This document shows positions 41,418 to 51,921 of a stretch of DNA of 64,000 bases, one piece after another. The translations under genes were made by a program, and so were the position numbers. This DNA comes from an uncultured Mycoplasma sp. Its GTDB lineage: Bacteria > Bacillota_I > Bacilli_A > RF39 > UBA660. The stretch lies in contig CABUPU010000002.1 of the NCBI GenBank assembly GCA_902493595.1, forward strand, positions 73,942 to 137,941. The letters run 5' to 3'. The stretch's first letter is position 1; the number at the start of each line of letters is the position of its first letter. Below the pieces are notes generated by a model. It was not told the DNA's origin and did not search any database. It worked only from the letters and a program-made list of their open reading frames with translations.

Positions 41418-42065
41418 ATGAATTTAATTATACCTTTTGAAAAAGTAGTTAAGTTTGATACCCCAGTAAGTGAAATATCTAGTATATCTTTAGAACATGA
41501 AATTACTAAAAACGAAAAAGAGGTTCTAGGAAATTTTATTATAAAAGGAACTTATAAAGAATATGAACTTAGTTTAAATAAAAAAGACTTTTCATTTACT
41601 TTACCTTTTAGTGTAGAAATTGCTAGCAACATTGATATTAATACATTAGACTTTACAGTAGATAATTTTACTTATGATTTAAAAGATAAAGATTTAACTG
41701 TTAAAATTGATTATATTGTGAAAGCTGATGAAAAAAAAGAGGAAACAACCTTTGAAAAAACTGATAGACTTCCCGAACCACTTGATTTAATCGAGGAAAG
41801 AACTGATGTTATAGAAATGCCTGAAATTAATAAAAACCCAGTCAAAATTGATGATAAAATAAATGATAATATGATTACTACAGTTACTGGTATTAATGCA
41901 GAAAATGATTATATTTCTTATCATGTTCATATTGTGAAAGAAACCGAAGATATTGATTTTATATGTAAAAAATATAATATTTCTAAAGAGGAACTTTTAA
42001 ATATAAATGGAATTACAGATGTGAATATAAATGATAAATTACTTATTCCTATTATAAATGAATAG
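41418..42065 (+). CDS. hypothetical protein with C-terminal LysM-like domain
   Basis: The C-terminus YHVHIVKETEDIDFICKKYNISKEELLNINGI..NDKLLIP resembles a LysM domain. RBS TAGGAGA. Confidence 0.5.
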   Translation: MNLIIPFEKVVKFDTPVSEISSISLEHEITKNEKEVLGNFIIKGTYKEYELSLNKKDFSFTLPFSVEIASNIDINTLDFTVDNFTYDLKDKDLTVKIDYIVKADEKKEETTFEKTDRLPEPLDLIEERTDVIEMPEINKNPVKIDDKINDNMITTVTGINAENDYISYHVHIVKETEDIDFICKKYNISKEELLNINGITDVNINDKLLIPIINE

Positions 42066-42954
42066 TTTAGAATATATCAAAAACCTATATAAACCCTACA
42101 GAATAACCAAATTAAAAAATGCCACGATAATTGATTCCTCCGAGGGTAAATTTGTTTTAAAAAAGGAAAATAAAGATTTATATTCACTATTCAATTATTT
42201 ACAAAAAAGAGGATTTACAGGTTTTCCAAAACTAATAAAAAACTTTAGAGATGAGGAAAACCTTTTCGAATTTGTAGAGGATGAACCAATATTTACAGAA
42301 CAAAAGTTGCTTGAATTATCTTCGGTTATTGCAAGTCTTCATAATAAAACGGTTTATTTTAAAAATTCCAAACTAGATGACTACAAAGAAATATATGAAA
42401 ATATAGATAACAACATCAGTTATTTAAAGACTGTTTATAATTCTCTTTTTTTAAAGTATTTATCATATGAATATCAAAGCCCTCCGCAATATTTGTTTTG
42501 TCGTAATTATTCAAAATATAATGCAGCCTTAAATTTTTGCAAAGAAAGATTAGATGTTTGGTATGAAAAAGTTAAAGATCAAGAAAAAGTTAGGGTAAGT
42601 GTTGTTCACAATAACCTTGAAATGGACCACTTTATGTATTCAGAAAGAGGCCCTGCATTAATAAGTTGGGATAATTATAAAATAGACACGCCAGTACTTG
42701 ATTTTGTTAATTTATTTCATAATGAATATTTAACATGTGATTTTTCACCATATTTAGAAAATTATCTTAGTACATTTGAACTTAATGATGATGAAAAAGA
42801 CTTATTATTTATTCTTTTGAATATTCCTCTTAATTTGGAAAAAAGTGATAACATTCAAAAAAATACTATTAATATTCATAATAATATTTTATATCTTTTA
42901 AAAGCGGAAAAATTAACGAAGGAGTATTATAGTAATAATAGTGATAATAAGTAG
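42058..42954 (+). CDS. CotS/aminoglycoside-phosphotransferase-fold (kinase-like) protein, motifs degenerate
   Basis: Kinase-like N-lobe pattern (KFVLKKE) and HNNLEMDHF / WDNYKID resembling the HxDxxxxN / DFxx of the CotS family. Overlaps the upstream gene. Confidence 0.4.
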   Translation: MNSLEYIKNLYKPYRITKLKNATIIDSSEGKFVLKKENKDLYSLFNYLQKRGFTGFPKLIKNFRDEENLFEFVEDEPIFTEQKLLELSSVIASLHNKTVYFKNSKLDDYKEIYENIDNNISYLKTVYNSLFLKYLSYEYQSPPQYLFCRNYSKYNAALNFCKERLDVWYEKVKDQEKVRVSVVHNNLEMDHFMYSERGPALISWDNYKIDTPVLDFVNLFHNEYLTCDFSPYLENYLSTFELNDDEKDLLFILLNIPLNLEKSDNIQKNTINIHNNILYLLKAEKLTKEYYSNNSDNK

Positions 42955-43162
42955 TATAACTGTAACCTTAAATATAAATATATTCGATTTGAATGGAAAT
43001 ACAACCATAAAACATAGTTCGTAAAATATTACAATTATAAATAAACTAACTATACTTATTAATAATATTTTTTTAATTAAATCGTCCATATAATATTATA
43101 TACATTATAATGTAAATTGACATTTGTAAGTTTATTTGCTAAACTTTATAGTAGTGATAGGT

Positions 43163-44038
43163 ATGAATAATAATAAGGGTTTTATATTTCTTGAAACAAT
43201 CATTATTACTGTTGTTTTAACAACAACTCTTATTTTTTTGTATTCAAATTTTAGTAAGAATATTAATGATGAAAAACGAAGACTTTATTATGATGATATA
43301 GCATATGTATATAAAACTATTTTTATTCGTAATGCTGTAAAAAGTACGATTAATAATGCTGTTTTTGAAGAAGCAATTAATGATGATAAAGCAGATAATC
43401 AAAATAGTTTAAAAAATAATTTTGTGTTCTTATTTAACTCTGAATCGAAGTTTTGTACTGAATATTTTATTGATACTACGGATGGAAATAAAATTAAATG
43501 TGAAGCTAAAAATTATCGTTCACTATACTTTGACAATAAATATATAAGTGATTTAAATAATATTTATAAATTTAAAACTCTTGTATATTTAAAAAACGAT
43601 GATATTTCTAAAATTAAGAAATGCATTAATAGTGGTATAGATAGTTTCGAGGATACTGATGCTGATAAAAAAAGATGCCAAAATTTTTTAGAATTTACAA
43701 ATGAGTATTCAGAAATAAACTTGAATGAATATATGCTTACAATTAACTCAGTTGATACAAATGCAGTTAATCCTAGTTCACAGCAGAGTATAATGATTGC
43801 AATTTTTAATGAAAGAAAGAACGGAAATGCTATTAGTTTTAATGATATATCTTCGGATGAAGATACCATACCTAATGATAGCTATAAAAGTTGTTTAAAT
43901 TATTATATAAATAAAAATTTTAATTGTCCAGATTGTAATCTTAAAACTAAAATTGAAAATTATTATGATCAAGATATTATAAGGTATAATATGGCTTGTG
44001 AAAAAGCTTATTATGTTTCGTGGGTGTATTATGAATAA
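43163..44038 (+). CDS. type IV pilin-like (pseudopilin) protein, 291 aa, class III signal peptide
   Basis: MNNNKG|FIFLETIIITVVL has G-1/F+1/E+5 followed by a hydrophobic helix. Cys-rich C-terminal region. Confidence 0.65.
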   Translation: MNNNKGFIFLETIIITVVLTTTLIFLYSNFSKNINDEKRRLYYDDIAYVYKTIFIRNAVKSTINNAVFEEAINDDKADNQNSLKNNFVFLFNSESKFCTEYFIDTTDGNKIKCEAKNYRSLYFDNKYISDLNNIYKFKTLVYLKNDDISKIKKCINSGIDSFEDTDADKKRCQNFLEFTNEYSEINLNEYMLTINSVDTNAVNPSSQQSIMIAIFNERKNGNAISFNDISSDEDTIPNDSYKSCLNYYINKNFNCPDCNLKTKIENYYDQDIIRYNMACEKAYYVSWVYYE

Positions 44039-45311
44039 AAAAGGATTTATATCAACAGCATCATTATTTTCATTTTTTCTAGTTTTTTGCACTTTATTAA
44101 TACTTATTATGACTACATATACTAATAATAGAGTTAACTTTAAAATGATAAAAAATGATTTAAAAAAATATTTAATTACTGATAGCAATACTTTCCTTAA
44201 AAGTCGTTATAAAACTTTACCCGAGGAAATTATTGAAGGTGAGGGACCAGATGGTCCTCAAAGTCCGGATACACCAAGTAATCCAGATGTTCCAACTGAT
44301 CCTGATAATCCTCCGAGTCCAGATCCAGTAATTCCTTCATATAAAGCGTATGAAAAAGTTTTATTAGACAATAGTGCAGGAGCTTCAACAGTTAGTAATG
44401 CTATAAGCTTTATTAAAGAAAGAGGTACACCAAACTTTAATAGAACTGCCACAACTAATGAAAGAATGTTCTTTGCAGAGGATAACTTAGGTTCATCATA
44501 TTATTTCAGAGGGGCTGTAGACAATAACTGGGTAAAATTTGGTAAAGATGATAGTAGCAAAGATATGTACTGGCGAATAATAAGAATCAATGGTGATAAT
44601 TCAATAAGAATGATATATTCAGGAACTAATGCTCCTACTGCTGCGACAAGTGTTATCATGACTGGAGATACTACTGCAGTTGGACATAGTGTTTATAATA
44701 CAGTAACTAGTGGTGCAGAATACACTGGTTATATGTATCAAAAAAATTATCAAAGAAATAATGTAAATAATAGTACAATCAAAAATAAAGTTGATGAGTG
44801 GTATGCTAAGACTACATTAGCTAGTACTGATTCTATAAAAGTTGTAGATTCCATCTTTTGCAATGATCGAGACACTGTCACAAATTGGGCTAGTAAACCA
44901 GGTGCAAATTTGATGTTTAATGGGCGTGACAGGAATGTTAATAGCAAAAATCCTTCACTTAAATGTAATAATGATGCTGATAAGTTCACTGTATCAAAAG
45001 ATAAAAGCAATAAAGCTCTTAGATATCCTGTTGGATTAATTACGATTGATGAAGTTGCAATGGCAGGTGGATGTTTCTTGAATACTAATAAAAATTATTA
45101 TTTATATACTGGAATATTTTATTATACAATGACTCCAAATTTTATACGAAGAGGGGGAGCCGCATTTGTGTTCCTTGTTGATCAAAAAGGAGATTATCCA
45201 AACTATGCAATTGGTTCTGACATCTACATTAGACCAGTTATTAATTTAAATGGTGATGTTAAATTTAAGGGGTCAGGAACATATGATGATATTTATGAGG
45301 TAGTAGAATGA
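44031..45311 (+). CDS. large minor-pilin-like protein (426 aa) with prepilin-type leader lacking E+5 and a Pro-rich linker
   Basis: MNKKG|FISTASLFSFFLVFCTLLILIM, then the linker GPDGPQSPDTPSNPDVPTDPDNPPSPDPVIP. Its ATG is embedded in the upstream stop region (8-nt overlap). Confidence 0.55.
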   Translation: MNKKGFISTASLFSFFLVFCTLLILIMTTYTNNRVNFKMIKNDLKKYLITDSNTFLKSRYKTLPEEIIEGEGPDGPQSPDTPSNPDVPTDPDNPPSPDPVIPSYKAYEKVLLDNSAGASTVSNAISFIKERGTPNFNRTATTNERMFFAEDNLGSSYYFRGAVDNNWVKFGKDDSSKDMYWRIIRINGDNSIRMIYSGTNAPTAATSVIMTGDTTAVGHSVYNTVTSGAEYTGYMYQKNYQRNNVNNSTIKNKVDEWYAKTTLASTDSIKVVDSIFCNDRDTVTNWASKPGANLMFNGRDRNVNSKNPSLKCNNDADKFTVSKDKSNKALRYPVGLITIDEVAMAGGCFLNTNKNYYLYTGIFYYTMTPNFIRRGGAAFVFLVDQKGDYPNYAIGSDIYIRPVINLNGDVKFKGSGTYDDIYEVVE

Positions 45312-45910
45312 AATTAAATAATAAAGGTGTAACAATAGTGGAGCTTTTAGTTAGTATGGCACTTTTATCAGTAATACTTATGTTTTTATACAACTTACTT
45401 TCTAATGTTACTTTTGAAAAAAATAGTGATTTTATTGCATCAGCTAATCAATCAAATAGAATTGATATTATAATGACAATTGAAGATGATTTATTAAAGG
45501 ACAATAATGTAACCATAGTCTCAAAATCTGATAATGGTAATGAACTTATATTAAAAGGATCATTAAAAAAATATAAAATCACTTTAGTGGATAATAAAAG
45601 TCTTGCTTACGATGTTAGTGAACTATCTCGAGATAATTGGCAAATCCAAAATACTTGGAAAATTAAAAATGGTACTTTGGGAAAAATTGATTGTGGAAAT
45701 ACTAATATGAGTTCTTTAGAAAGTAATGTTAACGCAAGTGAATGTAAAAGCGGGTCTGCAAATAGTAATCTTACTTGTCGTGATGTAATAAACAGCTATG
45801 AATCAATTGTAATAACTGAATGTAAAATACCGGTTTATACAACTAATGTTAATAATACTAAAGATAATAATAATACTTTAGATGATATAATATTCTCATT
45901 TATACAATAA
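45308..45910 (+). CDS. type IV pilin-like protein (200 aa) with canonical prepilin leader
   Basis: MKLNNKG|VTIVELLVSMALLSVIL has G-1 and E+5. ATGA overlap with the upstream gene. RBS GAGGTAG. Confidence 0.7.
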   Translation: MKLNNKGVTIVELLVSMALLSVILMFLYNLLSNVTFEKNSDFIASANQSNRIDIIMTIEDDLLKDNNVTIVSKSDNGNELILKGSLKKYKITLVDNKSLAYDVSELSRDNWQIQNTWKIKNGTLGKIDCGNTNMSSLESNVNASECKSGSANSNLTCRDVINSYESIVITECKIPVYTTNVNNTKDNNNTLDDIIFSFIQ

Positions 45911-46766
45911 GTATAATTATTATTCCAGTAATTATTAAAAAAAGTCTTGATAAATAAAAGTATTTATAATCTATATTAAATTTTTCTAAGATTATGCTAA
46001 TTTGCATTTGAATAGAAAATCCCATAAAGGAAATAATTATGAAACTAATTATTTCCTTTATTTTTATGGAAACATATATAGTGTTTAAACTGTTTAATCC
46101 GGTTGTTACCTCAATTAACCCCTTAAATATTACGAATAAAAGACTATTTTTAGTCATTGTTAAATCAAGAATAATTTTAAAAAATACAATGATACCCATA
46201 ATTTTAATTAAATTTTGCATACTATCATAAATACTATTAAATAATTCTTTCTTTAAATTATAATCTTTATAGTTTTGCTTTACTGATATTCTCATTTTAT
46301 TTGTTAAATAAATGAATATTACTATATTAAGAATATATAATATTGCCATTATTTTAATTACACTATGGATATTATTAAAAATTAAGAATAGATAACTATA
46401 TAGAAAAAGGGGATTATTAAAACATGTGCATGAAAGTAGAATACTTGCTTCTTTCAAAGAGATATATTTACTATCTAGAAAGTTTTTTAAGATAATTGCA
46501 TTTATTGGGCTACCAGAAATAATAGAGCTAAAAAAAATATAAAGATTTTGATTTTTAAATATTTTATTAAAATAATATGGTAAATTACATTTAATAAGAA
46601 AATTATTTAATGTCATCATGATAAATAAAAAAGGAAAAACCTTAGTTATAAATATTTTTAAACTTAAAAAAGTAATATTTGATAAAGCAGAGTTTTTCTT
46701 AAATATTAAATAAATAAAAAAGTATATTAAGATAATTAAAATAAAATTTATTCTTTTTTTATTCAT
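45900..46766 (-). CDS. polytopic integral membrane protein (288 aa), family uncertain (possibly nucleoside-recognition/Gate-like)
   Basis: Eight or more hydrophobic helices. It lacks the prepilin-peptidase GGGDxKL signature. Confidence 0.45.
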   Translation of the reverse strand: MNKKRINFILIILIYFFIYLIFKKNSALSNITFLSLKIFITKVFPFLFIMMTLNNFLIKCNLPYYFNKIFKNQNLYIFFSSIISGSPINAIILKNFLDSKYISLKEASILLSCTCFNNPLFLYSYLFLIFNNIHSVIKIMAILYILNIVIFIYLTNKMRISVKQNYKDYNLKKELFNSIYDSMQNLIKIMGIIVFFKIILDLTMTKNSLLFVIFKGLIEVTTGLNSLNTIYVSIKIKEIISFIIISFMGFSIQMQISIILEKFNIDYKYFYLSRLFLIITGIIIILIV

Positions 46767-46808
46767 ATTTTTCTTTATTTTTGTTATAATTATTTAGGTG
46801 ATAATTAA

Positions 46809-47810
46809 ATGTATAATAAAATATATGAAAAAATTAAAGATTTTATTAAGAATAATTTAAAAGGTTTAATAATTCTTGCAATAATTGTGTTTTTATGTTT
46901 CTATAAAACTCCCTATGTTATTTATACCCCTGGAGGTAGTATTAATTTAAATAATAGAGTTTCAATTGAAAATGAAAATAATATAAGTGGTAATTATTAT
47001 ATGAGCTATGTTTCTGTAATTAAGGCTAATATTCCTACGATTGTCTTATCTTTATTTGTTCCGAACTGGGATATTTATAATGAACAAGATTTAACGGATA
47101 TGGATTATGATACGCTTCTTAAAATAGAGCAAATTGATTTAAAAAATTCCATTTATTTAGCTAGTTTGAATGCTTATACAAAAGTTGGGAAAAAGATTGA
47201 TGTAACCAATGAAATTCCATATGTTACCTTAATTAGTGAAGAAAGTAATACTAATTTACAACCTTTAGATGAAATTATTACTATTGATGGTAATAAATTT
47301 ACTAAACTTGAGAATTTTCAAGATTACATTTCTACTTTAAACATTGGTGATAAAGTTTCATTTACAATTAAACGCAGTGGCAAAGAATTAAATAAATATG
47401 CTTATGTTACTGAAATTGATGGTGTGAAAAAGATTGGTGTAGGTATTGTTACAGCATATGAATTTGAGTCTAGTCCTAAACTTGAAATGAAGACTAAATC
47501 TTCTGAAGCTGGTTCTTCAGGAGGACTAATGCTATCCCTCGAAATATATGATAAATTAAATGAAAAGGATTTATCTCATGGTAAAAAAATTATGGGTACG
47601 GGAACTATTGATGAAACTGGTAATGTTGGACAAATAGGCGGAATAAAATATAAACTATTTGGAGCAGAAAATGATGGTGCAGATATTTTCTTTGTACCAA
47701 AGGATAATTATGAAGAAGCAAAAAAGGTTTATAAAAAGAATAATTTAAGTTTTGATCTTGTTATGGTTGAAACTTTTGATGATGCAGTAAATTATTTAAA
47801 TAGTTTATAA
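46809..47810 (+). CDS. YlbL/SepM-like PDZ + Lon-C (S16) peptidase-domain membrane protein
   Basis: N-terminal TM anchor, PDZ-like middle region, and a Lon proteolytic domain (SSEAGSSGGLMLSLEIYDKL ... KIMGTGTIDETGNVGQIGGIKYK). AGGTGA RBS. Confidence 0.7.
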   Translation: MYNKIYEKIKDFIKNNLKGLIILAIIVFLCFYKTPYVIYTPGGSINLNNRVSIENENNISGNYYMSYVSVIKANIPTIVLSLFVPNWDIYNEQDLTDMDYDTLLKIEQIDLKNSIYLASLNAYTKVGKKIDVTNEIPYVTLISEESNTNLQPLDEIITIDGNKFTKLENFQDYISTLNIGDKVSFTIKRSGKELNKYAYVTEIDGVKKIGVGIVTAYEFESSPKLEMKTKSSEAGSSGGLMLSLEIYDKLNEKDLSHGKKIMGTGTIDETGNVGQIGGIKYKLFGAENDGADIFFVPKDNYEEAKKVYKKNNLSFDLVMVETFDDAVNYLNSL

Positions 47811-47839
47811 TATTTGTTATAATATTTTAAGGAGGGTTT

Positions 47840-48616
47840 ATGGAATATTCTTATGCTGAAAACTATTTACTAAATTTGTATGCTTCTCTTGTTAAAGAGA
47901 AAAGTTATGATAAATTTAAAAAAATATATGATAATATTGTAATTTTATATACTAAAAAAGATACTTTTATTGCAAGTAATATTATTAAGACTCTTAATTT
48001 TTATTATGCTGTAAGTTTTAATAAAACAGTAAATGAAGACTACATCTATAATGAATTTCTTAATAATGAAGAAGAAGCATTAGACCTTATTATAAATTTT
48101 TATAGTAAAATAATTATTAAGGATAAAATAATGGATTTAGCTAGTGATAATTTAAAAGAACTTACTTATGAAGTAAGAAGTTTAAATGATTTTTTAAGAT
48201 TTACTTTGATGGAAGTTTTTAGTGCTATACTTCACAGTATTCAAACAGATCCTTTTATAGAATTAGAACTATTTTTAAATAGTAATGTAGAAACTAGTAA
48301 TGATATTGTAAATGAAAAAATAAATATTTTACGTAATTATAAACCTTATTTAGCAAATATAATTTATAGTGATTTATTTGAACACTTATCTTTAGTTAAT
48401 GATAAAGAGATTGTAGAAATTAAAAATATGATAAAACATATAATTTTAAATAGAGAAATTTTTGAAACTGAAGTACTTCTTCGAAAAGAAATATTAAAAT
48501 TATATGTAAGTTTAAATATGAATAATTATAAAAGAAAGGAAGCAAGAAAAAAGTTTAGTGAGGAAGATTTTTCTTTAATAAGAAGGATAAATCCTTTATA
48601 CAAACTAGATAGTTAA
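47840..48616 (+). CDS. hypothetical protein (258 aa) immediately upstream of mutS
   Basis: ORF with RBS AAGGAGGG. Its stop is 1 nt before the mutS ATG. Confidence 0.5.
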   Translation: MEYSYAENYLLNLYASLVKEKSYDKFKKIYDNIVILYTKKDTFIASNIIKTLNFYYAVSFNKTVNEDYIYNEFLNNEEEALDLIINFYSKIIIKDKIMDLASDNLKELTYEVRSLNDFLRFTLMEVFSAILHSIQTDPFIELELFLNSNVETSNDIVNEKINILRNYKPYLANIIYSDLFEHLSLVNDKEIVEIKNMIKHIILNREIFETEVLLRKEILKLYVSLNMNNYKRKEARKKFSEEDFSLIRRINPLYKLDS

Positions 48617-48617
48617 T

Positions 48618-51134
48618 ATGAAAAGATGTGAAGTAGATAGAAATAAATTAAGTCCAATGATGGCTCAATATATGCAGATAAAAGATAAATATGCTGATGT
48701 GCTATTATTTTATCGTTTGGGTGACTTTTATGAGCTTTTTTTCGAGGATGCATTAATTGCCTCAAAAGAGCTTGAACTTACTTTAACTGGTAGAGTTGCG
48801 GGTTTAACTGAAAGAGTACCAATGTGTGGTGTTCCTTATCATGCTGTAAAAAGTTATATTGAAAAAGTTATAAATAAAGGATATAAAGTAGCAATATGTG
48901 AACAACTTGAAGATCCTAAAACCACTAAAGGTATGGTTAAAAGAGGAGTAACAGATGTTATTTCTAAAGGCACAATTGCTGACCTTGAACTACTAAAATC
49001 CTATGAAAACTCTTTTGTAGCCTCACTTTTAGTTTATCCTGATACATATATATTAACGGCTTTGGATATTTCCACAGGAAGACTTATAAGTTCTAAAGTT
49101 TCTAAAAGTGTAAATAAAATTATTACTGAAATATTTAAATATAATATTAAAGAAATTATTTTTAATGGTAATGAAGAAGTAACTCTAATAAATACTTTAA
49201 AAAATGATTATAGTATTGAAATTGATTATTATACAGGGCTTGCTGACACTCTTCCTGAAAATATTGATAATAAACTTAATGATATAAGATGTAAAATGGG
49301 CGTCAGACATTTATTTGGTTATTTAACTTTATCACTTAAAGATTTGTCGACTATTAATGATATTGAAATTGTTTCTAATGAAGATTATTTATATATGGAT
49401 GCTTATAGTGCAAATAACCTAGAGCTTACCGAAACAGTTCGTAATAAAGATAGAGAATTTTCTCTTTTATGGCTTTTAGATAAATGTAAAACCGCAATGG
49501 GAAGTAGAAAGATGAGAAATATGCTTCTTTCACCACTTAAGGATATATCACAGTTAAACAAAAGATATGATATGATTGAAAAACTTAATGATGAATTCAT
49601 TTTGAAGGATAATCTTATTACACTTCTTGATGAAATATATGATATAGAGCGTCTTACTGGTAAACTTACAAATGGCTCATTTAATGCAAGAGATATGCTC
49701 CAGTTAAAAAGAAGTTTAAAACCACTTCCGGAAATAATTGAAATAGTTAAAAAACTAAATTTTGATTTAGAAATTAAGCCATTTAAAGAAATTTATGATT
49801 TACTAGAAAAAAGTATTTATGAAGATCCACCAATCACTTTAAAAGAGGGTTATCTTATTAAGGAATGTTATAATACTGATTTAGATAGCCTTCGTGAAAT
49901 AAAGAAAAATGGTAAAGACTTTATTGCTAAATTTGAAAATGAAATTAAGAAAAAAACAGGATTTAAAAATTTAAAAGTTGGTTTTAATAAAGTATTTGGT
50001 TATTATATTGAAATAAGTAAAGCACAGGCAAAAGATGCCGAGAAGTTTGGCTTTGAAAGAAAACAAACTCTTGCTAATGGCGAAAGATTTATATCTCCTG
50101 AGTTAAAAGAAAAAGAAGATATGATTTTAAATGCTGAGGAAAAGATAATTGATCTTGAATATTCGCTTTTTATGGACATTAAAAATGAAGTTAAAACTTA
50201 TGTCGAAGATATGCGTAAGACTGCAGATAGTTTAAGTTTTCTAGATGTAATGGTAGCATTTTCAATTGATAGTGAAAAATATAATTTAGTAAGACCACTT
50301 CTTAATGAAAGTCACGATTTAGAAATTATCGAGGGAAGGCATCCTGTTGTAGAAAATACTTTAAAAGGTTCATTTGTGGCAAATGATTGTAAAATGAATG
50401 AAAATATTTGTGCTTATTTAATAACGGGACCAAATATGAGCGGTAAATCAACTTATATGAGACAGATTGCCATAACAATAATTATGGCTCAAATAGGATG
50501 CTTTGTTCCTTGCAAATCTGCAAAATTGCCGATAATAGATAAAATATTTACAAGAATTGGTGCATCTGACGACCTTGCCGGAGGTAAGTCAACTTTTATG
50601 GTTGAAATGAGTGAGGCTAATAATGCAATTAGTAATGCGACTAAAAATAGTTTAATAATATTTGATGAACTAGGAAGAGGGACTGCTACATATGATGGTA
50701 TGGCAATTGCTCAAAGCATAATTGAATATATATGCGATAATATAAAATGCAAAACTTTATTTTCAACTCATTACCATGAACTTACTGTTTTAGATAAAAA
50801 ATATAAGTCTATTAAAAATGTTCATGTTGACGCAAAAGAAGAAAATGGTAATTTATACTTTCTTCATAAGGTTAAACCTGGTGCTATTGATAAAAGTTAT
50901 GGTGTTCATGTTGCCTCTTTAGCGGGACTTCCTGAAAGCCTTATTAAAAGAGCAGATGAAATATTAAATAATCTTGAAAATTCAAATAAAAAAGAGCCAG
51001 TTAAAGAACAATTATCATTTGACTTTGAGGAAAAGAAAGAAAAACCAAAAGATATTCTCGAAGGAATTGATATTTTAAATACAACGCCAATCGAAGCATT
51101 AAATATTTTATATAAGTTAAAGGAAAATAAGTAA
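48618..51134 (+). CDS. mutS: DNA mismatch repair protein MutS
   Basis: N-terminal mismatch-recognition block LSPMMAQYMQIKDKY..LLFYRLGDFYELF. Walker A GPNMSGKSTYMRQ, and the ABC signature/Walker B region. Confidence 0.95.
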   Translation: MKRCEVDRNKLSPMMAQYMQIKDKYADVLLFYRLGDFYELFFEDALIASKELELTLTGRVAGLTERVPMCGVPYHAVKSYIEKVINKGYKVAICEQLEDPKTTKGMVKRGVTDVISKGTIADLELLKSYENSFVASLLVYPDTYILTALDISTGRLISSKVSKSVNKIITEIFKYNIKEIIFNGNEEVTLINTLKNDYSIEIDYYTGLADTLPENIDNKLNDIRCKMGVRHLFGYLTLSLKDLSTINDIEIVSNEDYLYMDAYSANNLELTETVRNKDREFSLLWLLDKCKTAMGSRKMRNMLLSPLKDISQLNKRYDMIEKLNDEFILKDNLITLLDEIYDIERLTGKLTNGSFNARDMLQLKRSLKPLPEIIEIVKKLNFDLEIKPFKEIYDLLEKSIYEDPPITLKEGYLIKECYNTDLDSLREIKKNGKDFIAKFENEIKKKTGFKNLKVGFNKVFGYYIEISKAQAKDAEKFGFERKQTLANGERFISPELKEKEDMILNAEEKIIDLEYSLFMDIKNEVKTYVEDMRKTADSLSFLDVMVAFSIDSEKYNLVRPLLNESHDLEIIEGRHPVVENTLKGSFVANDCKMNENICAYLITGPNMSGKSTYMRQIAITIIMAQIGCFVPCKSAKLPIIDKIFTRIGASDDLAGGKSTFMVEMSEANNAISNATKNSLIIFDELGRGTATYDGMAIAQSIIEYICDNIKCKTLFSTHYHELTVLDKKYKSIKNVHVDAKEENGNLYFLHKVKPGAIDKSYGVHVASLAGLPESLIKRADEILNNLENSNKKEPVKEQLSFDFEEKKEKPKDILEGIDILNTTPIEALNILYKLKENK

Positions 51135-51161
51135 ATTTTTCCTTTTTTCATATAATTAATT

Positions 51162-51848
51162 ATGAAAAATGTTTTAAAATATATTTTAGTTTTATGTTTA
51201 CTATTGATAATGATTTGTTATCCTAAAAGTATTCCTGTTTTAGGTGAAAATAATACTACCTTAATATTTACTTTTGATGATGGACCAAATGGCGAAAATA
51301 CCTTAGAAATATTAGACTATTTAGAAAACCATAATATGTCCGCAACATTTTTTATGGTTGGAAATAAAATGGCAAGTCAAAAAGATATAGTAAAAAAAGT
51401 ATATCACTCAAATAGTGAAATAGGGTACCATAGTTACAATCATACGCTTTTTACAAAAAATAAAATTAAGAAAATTGAAAGTGATTTTGATAAAACAAAT
51501 AAAATATATTATGATATTACAGGTGATTATCTTTCTCTTACAAGGCCTCCATACGGAGCATATAATAATAGAATTTTAAAAGCACTTAATACATCATTTA
51601 TTTTATGGGATAAAGATACACACGATTGGAAATATAAAGACACAGATTTCATAGTTAAATATGTTTTAGAAAATGCAAATGATAAAGATATTATTCTTTT
51701 TCATGATTCATATAAAACCACAGTCGAGGCAGTTAAAAAATTAATTGATATCTTATATGAAAATGATATAAAAGTATTAAGTGTAACAAATTATGCTAAA
51801 GAAAATAATATAAAACTTGAAAATAAAGTTTACTATTCGTTTAAATAA
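51162..51848 (+). CDS. polysaccharide deacetylase (NodB homology domain), secreted
   Basis: Signal peptide. NodB motif FTFDDGP, then the His motifs HSYNH and LFHD. Confidence 0.75.
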   Translation: MKNVLKYILVLCLLLIMICYPKSIPVLGENNTTLIFTFDDGPNGENTLEILDYLENHNMSATFFMVGNKMASQKDIVKKVYHSNSEIGYHSYNHTLFTKNKIKKIESDFDKTNKIYYDITGDYLSLTRPPYGAYNNRILKALNTSFILWDKDTHDWKYKDTDFIVKYVLENANDKDIILFHDSYKTTVEAVKKLIDILYENDIKVLSVTNYAKENNIKLENKVYYSFK

Positions 51849-51921
51849 TTTTAAAATTTATATTGCAAGTTATAAAATTATTTGTTATATTTAAATAGTC
51901 AGAGTTTAGAAAGGACTAAAT

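Noticed and set aside
46039-46230. Small ORFs 46039..46230 (+), 43564..44188 (-), 44258..45010 (-), 49403..49600, 50906..51151, 56884..57135, 57773..57967, 59544..59780, 61365..61784, 62007..62363
   Set aside because: They are all embedded in, or antisense to, confidently assigned genes. Their composition is typical of AT-rich spurious frames.
45900-46766. Membrane protein considered as a prepilin peptidase (PilD/ComC) because it abuts the pilin genes
   Set aside because: It has no GGGDxKL or paired catalytic Asp motifs and no N-terminal Cys cluster, and it is convergent rather than co-oriented. I keep it as a generic membrane protein.
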